A DNA stretch of 52,083 bases from an uncultured Erysipelotrichaceae bacterium (GTDB taxonomy: Bacteria; Bacillota_I; Bacilli_A; RF39; UBA660), in the NCBI GenBank assembly GCA_902797995.1, contig CADBUX010000004.1:1-52083 (forward strand), read 5' to 3'. The notes under the pieces were generated by a model that was not told the origin of the DNA, did not search any database, and saw only the letters and a program-made list of their open reading frames with translations. Of this stretch, positions 41,725 to 48,268 are shown one piece after another. Each line of letters opens with the position of its first letter. The stretch's first letter is position 1. The translations under genes and the position numbers were made by a program.

Positions 41725-41755
41725 AAAAAAACTTATTAACAATAATTGTTAATAA
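41725..41755 (-). terminator. Intrinsic terminator of pth
   Basis: ttattaacaat-a-attgttaataa perfect inverted repeat abutting the stop codon, then T7. Confidence 0.65.
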
Positions 41756-42310
41756 CTAATTATACTTACTCATTAATTTTTCAAAATCCATTATTACAAA
41801 ATCATTTAATATATCCACAGTCTTAGGTAAAAATTTATCAATAGAATTGATATCATTCTTAGAAAATTTTCCTAATACATATTCTTTAGTATTAATATTT
41901 TTATTATTAGAAATACCAATTCTAAATCTTTTAAAATGATTAGATCCTAAACATCTCTCAATATCTTTAAGACCATTATGACCACCACTTGACCCAAATA
42001 ATCTAAGTCTATAGTCTAAAAAATCCAAGTCAAGATCATCACTAATAACAAGTATATCTGAATAATCTACATCATAATAATTAGAAAAATTTTGAACAAC
42101 TTCACCTGATAAATTCATATAAGATAAAGGTTTAACAAGCAATACCTTTTCTCCAGCAACAAATAAATCTTTATATAAAGCATTAAACTTATTCTTATCA
42201 ATAGAAATTCCTAAACTTTTAGCAAAATTATCTAGTACAATAAAACCCATATTATGTCTAGTATTTTCATATTCTTTACCAGGATTTCCCAGTCCTACAA
42301 TCATCTTCAT
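41756..42310 (-). CDS. pth: Peptidyl-tRNA hydrolase
   Basis: IVGLGNPG..TRHNMG, YMNLSG, DDLD, GGHNGL. Confidence 0.96.
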   Translation of the reverse strand: MKMIVGLGNPGKEYENTRHNMGFIVLDNFAKSLGISIDKNKFNALYKDLFVAGEKVLLVKPLSYMNLSGEVVQNFSNYYDVDYSDILVISDDLDLDFLDYRLRLFGSSGGHNGLKDIERCLGSNHFKRFRIGISNNKNINTKEYVLGKFSKNDINSIDKFLPKTVDILNDFVIMDFEKLMSKYN

Positions 42311-42318
42311 AAAATCAC

Positions 42319-43113
42319 CTAACCTTTATATTCAACAGTTATAACTTTAGAATCTTCAGTCTCCATTTTACAAGTTCTAGCAAAAATATCAACAGAAATA
42401 ACCTTCCCTGCTTCTCCATTAGAAACTATTTTATCCCCAACCTTAGGAAGACCTTTTTTATAAACACTATAATTATCATTTTCATAAGATAAACAACACA
42501 TAAGTCTACCACATACACCATTTATTTTTTGAGGATTTAGTGCTAAGTTTTGATTCTTAGCCATATTTATAGAAACACTATTTAAATCTCTTAAGAAAGT
42601 AGCACAACAAAGTTCTCTACCACATTGACCGCATCCTCCAACAATTTTAGCCTTATCTCTAACACCAATTTGTCTAAGTTCTATCCTCGTCTTATATATA
42701 GCAGCAAGTCTTTTAACTAAATCTCTAAAATCAATACGAGTATCTGCTAAAAAAGTAAATAAAAGCTGTTTTCTATCAAAAGTAAAAGAAGCATCTAAAA
42801 TTTGCATATCAAGGTCAAGATCTAAAGCAATTTTTCTTGCATCATTCAAAGCCTTCTCTGCATCTACCTTATTCTTTTCATTAACAGATATATCATTTTT
42901 AGAAGCAATTCTAACAATACTCTTAAGTTCAGAATTAAGTTTAGTTTCATCAACCTCTATAAAATCAGTAACTACAGTACCAATTTGTTCTCCTTTTTCC
43001 GTAGAAACAATAACAAAATCACCTTTATTAAGCTTAATATTGTTAGCCAAAAAATAATATATCTTTTTAGAGCCACTAAAACTAACTCCAATTACCTTTT
43101 TCATACTAAACAC
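42319..43113 (-). CDS. ricT: RicT/YaaT (PSP1 domain) protein
   Basis: RIDFRDLV, RIELRQIGVRD, CGRELCC, GVCGRLMCCL; holB-yaaT synteny; start may be the ATG at 43104. Confidence 0.92.
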   Translation of the reverse strand: MFSMKKVIGVSFSGSKKIYYFLANNIKLNKGDFVIVSTEKGEQIGTVVTDFIEVDETKLNSELKSIVRIASKNDISVNEKNKVDAEKALNDARKIALDLDLDMQILDASFTFDRKQLLFTFLADTRIDFRDLVKRLAAIYKTRIELRQIGVRDKAKIVGGCGQCGRELCCATFLRDLNSVSINMAKNQNLALNPQKINGVCGRLMCCLSYENDNYSVYKKGLPKVGDKIVSNGEAGKVISVDIFARTCKMETEDSKVITVEYKG

Positions 43114-44011
43114 TTCCCATACTAATAATAAAATTATCTAAAAATAAATTAATATTTACATTATATTTAAGATCAAAAATAAATTTATCGATAATTTCCA
43201 TTTTTTTTATTATATCATGAGTATTATTTTTTTCAGCAATTTTTTGAATATCTATATCAAAAGAACTACACTTAACTTTCCTATTAAGTAAATAATTAAG
43301 AACATCAAAATATAAGTAATAACCAAAACACAAAAACTCATAAATACAATCCTTTAAATCATAAAAGTTAGATTTTGTAAGAACTGAAGTCCCTTTTTGT
43401 TCAAACCTCAAATAAATATCAAAAAAATTACTAACATATTCCTTTACAAAGTCTTCATACCTAACATCAGAATCAGTATCATATAAAGAAACAAAAATAC
43501 CATCATAAACATTATCATCATTAATTAAACTAACTATTTGACAACGAGATACAATAGTAGGCATCACATTAATAACATTATCACATAAAAGTATAGCAAT
43601 AACATCGCCTTCAGGTTCTTCAAGAAACTTAAGTAAACTATTCGCAGCATTTTTATTTAAATCTTGCACATCACAAAGAATATAAACTTGCCTTTTATTA
43701 TCAGTAGATTTCATAGAAAAATCAGACTTTAAAGTAACAATGTCAACCTTTTTAACAGCCCCATTATTACCTATAATTTTTAAATTTGGATAATTGCCAT
43801 TATCGATTAAATTACAAATTCTTTCATCATATACTCCATCACACAATAAAAATTTAGCTAAATCAAGCGCTAAATTAAATGAATATGAAACACCACAAGT
43901 TTCAATTAAATAAGCATGAGAAACATGACCAGCATTATTACTGACATTAAAATAATCATAAAACATTTTTTGAGAATCACTATACTTATCTAACATAAAA
44001 ACTCCTATCAA
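43106..44011 (-). CDS. holB: DNA polymerase III delta-prime subunit
   Basis: SHAYLI, AANSLLKFLEEP, PTIVSRCQ; start may be the ATG at 43996. Confidence 0.88.
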   Translation of the reverse strand: MIGVFMLDKYSDSQKMFYDYFNVSNNAGHVSHAYLIETCGVSYSFNLALDLAKFLLCDGVYDERICNLIDNGNYPNLKIIGNNGAVKKVDIVTLKSDFSMKSTDNKRQVYILCDVQDLNKNAANSLLKFLEEPEGDVIAILLCDNVINVMPTIVSRCQIVSLINDDNVYDGIFVSLYDTDSDVRYEDFVKEYVSNFFDIYLRFEQKGTSVLTKSNFYDLKDCIYEFLCFGYYLYFDVLNYLLNRKVKCSSFDIDIQKIAEKNNTHDIIKKMEIIDKFIFDLKYNVNINLFLDNFIISMGSV

Positions 44012-44202
44012 AAAATCATAAAATATACAACAATCAACATAATTAGCCCAGGAATACCTAAAAATCCTACAATCAAAATAGTAAAAGTATTAATAGGAAT
44101 AAAAATATCCAAACTAACAGCCACTTTGTTAAAAATATACAAAATAAATGGTGACAAAAGAAAAGGTCTAAAATAGTTTATCACTTTTTTCAAAGTAAAC
44201 AC
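44008..44202 (-). CDS. bofA: Pro-sigmaK processing inhibitor BofA family
   Basis: IPINTFTILIVGFLGIPG motif; position after recR as in B. subtilis. Confidence 0.78.
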   Translation of the reverse strand: MFTLKKVINYFRPFLLSPFILYIFNKVAVSLDIFIPINTFTILIVGFLGIPGLIMLIVVYFMIF

Positions 44203-44210
44203 CTCAAAAA

Positions 44211-44218
44211 AATATATG
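44211..44218 (-). promoter_or_regulatory. Possible sigma-E -10 element of bofA
   Basis: CATATATT just upstream of the GAGGTG RBS/start; bofA is sigma-E dependent in B. subtilis. Confidence 0.4.
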
Positions 44219-44228
44219 ACCTATAAAA

Positions 44229-44846
44229 CTAATCTAAAACCTCTTTTCTATTCTTAAACGCTGATTCCAAAGTAAGAGAATCAATATAATCCATATCTGC
44301 ACCAATAGGTATCCCATTAGCAATCCTAGAAATAACAATATCACTATCATCTAAACTTTTTTTAATATACAAAATAGTAGTATCAGCCTCAATTCCAGAC
44401 TTAGTAACAAAAATTATTTCCTTAACATTATCCCTTTTTACCCTTTCAAAAAGACCTTTCAAATCAATATCGTTAGGACCAATATCATCAAAAGGAGAAA
44501 TAAGGCCACCTAAAACATGATAATATCCTGTAAAACTACCAATCTTTTCAAGTAAAAAAACATCCTTAGCATTCTCAACAACAATAAGTTCATCCTTATT
44601 TCGTCCCTTATCACTACAAACAAAACATAATTCTTGATCAGTAATACAATTACAAATTTTACATTCTTTTATATCATTCTTAACACTACTAATACTATTA
44701 TTAAAAGCTTCTATATCATCATCATCAAAATCATACAATAAAGAAAACGCCATTCTCTCTGCAGATTTTTGTCCAACACCTGGAAACTTTTTAAAACTAT
44801 CTATTAAATCATTAATGCATTTAGGAAACATATTACATAAGTCCAT
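44229..44846 (-). CDS. recR: Recombination mediator RecR
   Basis: PGVGQKSAERMA, C4 zinc finger, YHVLGGLISP TOPRIM; start may be the ATG at 44831. Confidence 0.95.
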   Translation of the reverse strand: MDLCNMFPKCINDLIDSFKKFPGVGQKSAERMAFSLLYDFDDDDIEAFNNSISSVKNDIKECKICNCITDQELCFVCSDKGRNKDELIVVENAKDVFLLEKIGSFTGYYHVLGGLISPFDDIGPNDIDLKGLFERVKRDNVKEIIFVTKSGIEADTTILYIKKSLDDSDIVISRIANGIPIGADMDYIDSLTLESAFKNRKEVLD

Positions 44847-45135
44847 TCATCATACTAGAATATTTACCCATCTTTTGTTCAGTAGTCTTATCAACCTTTG
44901 CAAAAGCATCATTAAGAGCTAAAACAACCATATCTTCAAGCATAGATATATCATCATTTGCTAAATCCTTAGCACCTTCTAAAAATTTAACCTCAACAAT
45001 TTCCTTAGTTCCCTTAACTTTAACAGAAACTAAAGAACTATTCCCTTCAAAAATAGAATTATCTATTTCTCCCTTAATACCAGTAATTTCTTTTTGCATT
45101 GCTTGTGCTTGTTTCATTAAAGCTTGCATATTCAT
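44833..45135 (-). CDS. ybaB: YbaB/EbfC nucleoid-associated protein
   Basis: MNMQALMKQAQAMQ, MLEDMVVLALNDA; dnaX-ybaB-recR synteny. Confidence 0.92.
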   Translation of the reverse strand: MNMQALMKQAQAMQKEITGIKGEIDNSIFEGNSSLVSVKVKGTKEIVEVKFLEGAKDLANDDISMLEDMVVLALNDAFAKVDKTTEQKMGKYSSMMNGLM

Positions 45136-45148
45136 AATAATTTCCTCC

Positions 45149-46777
45149 TTATTTTATTTCAACAATATCATTTCCAAAAACACTTTGAGCAGTTTTCAGA
45201 GCCTCTGGAATATCTCCAGTAGATTTCTCATCTATTATAACATTATTTTTAAAACTATGTTCAATATAATTATACTTTTTTCCTTCTTTAATATCAGAAA
45301 CATATTTATCTTTTAGTTTATGCCATTCATCTGTTAAAATAAAAACAATATTATAAGATCTTCCCATAACCAAATTAAATAAAAGTTCAAGTTTAGTAAT
45401 ATTTCTATTACCATTATCAACAATAGAATCATAATCTGCAGAAATTATAACATCCTTTTCACCAACAACCTCCACTGTAGAATCTAAAAAATAAGAGACA
45501 AGAGAAGAAAACTCCTTGTTATGAACATAATCATAAAACCCTTTCCACTTATTAACAATTTCACTTTTCAAATCTTTATTAGCTAATGCAAAAGCATTAT
45601 TTATAATAATATCAAAGTCTTTACGTCTGTTTTTAAACGTTTGTTCATTTTTTAAAACTTTTTCTTCAGACTTATTAACATTTCTTAATTCTTCATTATT
45701 CTCTAAAATTATTTCCCGGGAAATAATTTTAGTATCATTTTTTACTTTCGAATCATCAGATATAGATTTTATAATCTTAAACATCTCAATTTCAAAAAAC
45801 AACATCTGATTAAAAGAATTTCTAAGACCATTAAATATATTACTAACACCATTAACAATCTTTATAAAATCATCAGAAGACAAAGAAATACTATTATCCA
45901 CGCTTAAACTACGAAGATAAGTAAGCAACTGTTCAGTAATAAGTTCTATACTTTTTCCATGATTTACCAATCTTTCTACAGAATCAAAAACACTTTTAGT
46001 ATTACAATTGCAAATATCAACAAAAAGCTCAGAAATAATATTATTATCAACAAGTCCCACAACATCATAAAACAATTGCTTATTTATAACATTAGAATAA
46101 GATAACAATTTATCTAAAAGACCTATTGAATCTCTCATTCCCCCATTACAATAAGAAGCAATAAGTTTCAAAACGTCTTCATCAGCATCAATATTCTCCT
46201 TAGTACAAATATTAGATAAACAATCAACAATATCATCAACACTAATACGCTTAAAATCATAACATTGGCATCTAGAAATTATAGTTTCAGGCACCTTATT
46301 TATTTCAGTAGTAGCTAAAATAAATATTACATGCTTTGGAGGTTCCTCCAAAGTCTTAAGCAAAGCATTAAAAGCACTTGTAGATAACATATGTACTTCA
46401 TCAATAATATATACTTTATATTTAGAAACACTAGGCATCAAAACAACACTATCACGAATAGATCTAATTTCATCAACCCCATTATTTGAAGCAGCGTCTA
46501 TTTCAATAATATCAGGATTACTTCTATCATTTATAAGTTTACAACTATCACATTCATCACAAGGATCAAAACCATTCAATTGAAAACAATTAACAATCTT
46601 AGCAAGCAACTTAGCAACAGTAGTTTTTCCAGTACCTCTAGGACCAGAAAATAAATACGCATGCATAAATCTATTATTAGTAATAGAGTTTTTAACAATT
46701 TTAACAACATACTTTTGGCCATAAATTTCGTCTAGCTTTTTAGGGCGATATTTACGATATAAAGCAACATATTCCAT
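45149..46777 (-). CDS. dnaX: DNA polymerase III gamma/tau subunit
   Basis: ALYRKYRP, GPRGTGKT, EIDAASN, IDEVHML, NALLKTLEEPP, SRC. Confidence 0.97.
   Translation of the reverse strand: MEYVALYRKYRPKKLDEIYGQKYVVKIVKNSITNNRFMHAYLFSGPRGTGKTTVAKLLAKIVNCFQLNGFDPCDECDSCKLINDRSNPDIIEIDAASNNGVDEIRSIRDSVVLMPSVSKYKVYIIDEVHMLSTSAFNALLKTLEEPPKHVIFILATTEINKVPETIISRCQCYDFKRISVDDIVDCLSNICTKENIDADEDVLKLIASYCNGGMRDSIGLLDKLLSYSNVINKQLFYDVVGLVDNNIISELFVDICNCNTKSVFDSVERLVNHGKSIELITEQLLTYLRSLSVDNSISLSSDDFIKIVNGVSNIFNGLRNSFNQMLFFEIEMFKIIKSISDDSKVKNDTKIISREIILENNEELRNVNKSEEKVLKNEQTFKNRRKDFDIIINNAFALANKDLKSEIVNKWKGFYDYVHNKEFSSLVSYFLDSTVEVVGEKDVIISADYDSIVDNGNRNITKLELLFNLVMGRSYNIVFILTDEWHKLKDKYVSDIKEGKKYNYIEHSFKNNVIIDEKSTGDIPEALKTAQSVFGNDIVEIK
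45710..45725. promoter_or_regulatory. Noc-binding-site (NBS) palindrome inside dnaX
   Basis: TATTTCCCGGGAAATA within a perfect 30-bp palindrome at 45703-45732. Confidence 0.78.
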
Positions 46778-46890
46778 ACCATCACACTCCCTTACAAAAT
46801 ATATAAAATATTATAACATAACACAAAATTTAAACAAAGATTTTAACTATTTTTTATTAAAAAAAATCATAATGCTAAAACAAAAAATAA

Positions 46891-46906
46891 TGTTTCACGT
46901 GAAACA
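46891..46906. promoter_or_regulatory. parS site 1
   Basis: TGTTTCACGTGAAACA, perfect. Confidence 0.92.
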
Positions 46907-46970
46907 TCATGAGTAATGGTAAAGAACAAAAAATTTTGCGTTAAAAAACCAAAAAAGTATATTATAAAAT

Positions 46971-46986
46971 TATTTCCCGGGAAATA
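46971..46986. promoter_or_regulatory. NBS palindrome
   Basis: TATTTCCCGGGAAATA within a perfect 32-bp palindrome at 46963-46994. Confidence 0.82.
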
Positions 46987-47105
46987 ATTTTATAGCAAAA
47001 AAACATATTAACAGTTATTCTTTTATGTAAATAACAAGTAAATAAAATTATAATCAATTAACATGTAAAAAAGTAAAATTCACATGTTTTTAGGGATTAA
47101 CACTA

Positions 47106-47121
47106 TGTTTCACGTGAAACA
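47106..47121. promoter_or_regulatory. parS site 2
   Basis: TGTTTCACGTGAAACA within a 28-bp palindrome at 47100-47127. Confidence 0.92.
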
Positions 47122-47157
47122 TAGTGTAATTTTTAAATTATCATTACAAACTCAAAT

Positions 47158-47173
47158 TATTTCCCAGGAAATA
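47158..47173. promoter_or_regulatory. NBS palindrome (1 mismatch)
   Basis: TATTTCCCAGGAAATA with AAAT/ATTT flanks. Confidence 0.75.
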
Positions 47174-47235
47174 ATTTAGAAACAAATACTTATTAACAAT
47201 TAGTATAAAAAATAAATATATTATAAAAGTATATA

Positions 47236-47251
47236 TGTTTCACGTGGAACA
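47236..47251. promoter_or_regulatory. parS site 3
   Basis: TGTTCCACGTGAAACA on the minus strand, abutting the tadA stop codon. Confidence 0.9.
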
Positions 47252-47671
47252 TTAAAGATTCCTCAATTCCTTAAAAAAATCAGAAACTAATGAAAAATAT
47301 TTAGTATCACAATCAATTTTAGTGTATTTAACATTAGAAATATTTTTATCTAAGTTTTCAGAATAATTAGAATTCAACAAATAAAAAACATTTTTTATTC
47401 TTGATTCCCCAATTGCAGCATTACACATCTTGCAAGGTTTTAAAGTTACATACATAGTACAATCATCTAAATGCCATGATTTTAATGATTTACAGGCTTC
47501 AATAATACACAAAATTTCGGCATGATAAACAGAAACATTACTAGTATTTTTTTTATTATGAGAAGAAGCAATAATCTCATTATCTTTAACAATAACAGCG
47601 CCAACAGGAACATTACCTTCATTATAAGCAATTTCAGCTTCTTTAATAGCAATATTCATAAAATCATTCAT
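47252..47671 (-). CDS. tadA: tRNA adenosine(34) deaminase
   Basis: VPVGAVIV, HAE, PCKMC; ATG at 47671 after GGAGG; located upstream of dnaX as in B. subtilis. Confidence 0.85.
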   Translation of the reverse strand: MNDFMNIAIKEAEIAYNEGNVPVGAVIVKDNEIIASSHNKKNTSNVSVYHAEILCIIEACKSLKSWHLDDCTMYVTLKPCKMCNAAIGESRIKNVFYLLNSNYSENLDKNISNVKYTKIDCDTKYFSLVSDFFKELRNL

Positions 47672-47693
47672 AAAATACCTCCATAAGCAATAA

Positions 47694-47709
47694 TGTTTCA
47701 CGTGAAACA
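47694..47709. promoter_or_regulatory. parS site 4
   Basis: TGTTTCACGTGAAACA, perfect. Confidence 0.92.
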
Positions 47710-47737
47710 TATATTCAAAACTCAAAAATTCAAAAAT

Positions 47738-47753
47738 TATTTCCCGGGAAATA
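47738..47753. promoter_or_regulatory. NBS palindrome
   Basis: TATTTCCCGGGAAATA within a 24-bp palindrome at 47734-47757. Confidence 0.82.
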
Positions 47754-47779
47754 ATTTAATAAAAATAATAAATAAAAAA

Positions 47780-47850
47780 GTGCACACACATAGAGGATCT
47801 TAAGGCTGCTATTTTCCAATCCTGACCTGGTTCAACCATATGTGTTGCAC
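47780..47850 (-). ncRNA. ffs: Small bacterial SRP RNA (4.5S type, about 71 nt)
   Basis: Minus strand GTGCAACACATA..CCAGGTCAGG-ATT-GGAA-AAT-AGCAGC..TATGTGTGTGCAC: helix-8 signature, paired ends, followed by T6. Confidence 0.88.
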
Positions 47851-47856
47851 ATAAAA

Positions 47857-47885
47857 ATAATATAATAAATAGTAATCAAAGTCAA
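47857..47885 (-). promoter_or_regulatory. Sigma-A promoter of the SRP RNA
   Basis: TTGACT-17-TATTAT; the predicted +1 falls at 47850, the first base of the RNA stem. Confidence 0.7.
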
Positions 47886-47941
47886 TATATTTTATTTTTA
47901 AAAATTTTAAAAGTATAAAACAAATTAATAATAATTATATA

Positions 47942-47957
47942 TGTTTCACGTGAAACA
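47942..47957. promoter_or_regulatory. parS site 5
   Basis: TGTTTCACGTGAAACA, perfect. Confidence 0.92.
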
Positions 47958-48039
47958 TTAGAAATTGTATTTTTTTGTTTTACTTAGTTATAAAAATAAG
48001 TACTAAATGTATAAACATAACAACATAAATTCAAAAAAA

Positions 48040-48055
48040 TATTTCCCGGGAAATA
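48040..48055. promoter_or_regulatory. NBS palindrome
   Basis: TATTTCCCGGGAAATA within a 30-bp palindrome at 48033-48062. Confidence 0.82.
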
Positions 48056-48099
48056 TTTTTTTAATAAAACAAATATAATTAAAACACTAAAAACAAACA

Positions 48100-48115
48100 T
48101 GTTTCACGTGAAACA
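48100..48115. promoter_or_regulatory. parS site 6
   Basis: TGTTTCACGTGAAACA, perfect. Confidence 0.92.
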
Positions 48116-48252
48116 TAATGAAAAACCCAAATAAAATAAGGATTTGCTACATTATATTCACAATCTTAATAAAGAATTTACTTTAGTTAAAAAAGTTATT
48201 AACAATAATTAATGTTAGTAACTTTCATTATTTTTTATTATTAAAAAAGTAA

Positions 48253-48268
48253 TGTTTCACGTGAAACA
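48253..48268. promoter_or_regulatory. parS site 7, possibly also the gyrBA terminator hairpin
   Basis: TGTTTCACGTGAAACA in a 26-bp palindrome at 48248-48273 that includes the gyrA stop codon, followed by a T-run on the minus strand. Confidence 0.9.

Noticed and set aside
45149-46777. Programmed frameshift in dnaX producing a gamma subunit
   Set aside because: I found no convincing A-AAA-AAG slippery site with stimulatory elements; short A-runs are expected at this AT content.
47672-47725. N-terminal extension of tadA (MSFEYMFHVKHY...)
   Set aside because: MFHVKH is simply the translation of a parS site; a GGAGG RBS supports the ATG at 47671.
46891-48268. CRISPR array or MITE interpretation of the palindromic repeats
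   Set aside because: The repeats are 16-bp cores of two types with irregular spacing, interrupted by genes, with no cas or transposase gene nearby. They match the parS and NBS consensus sequences.
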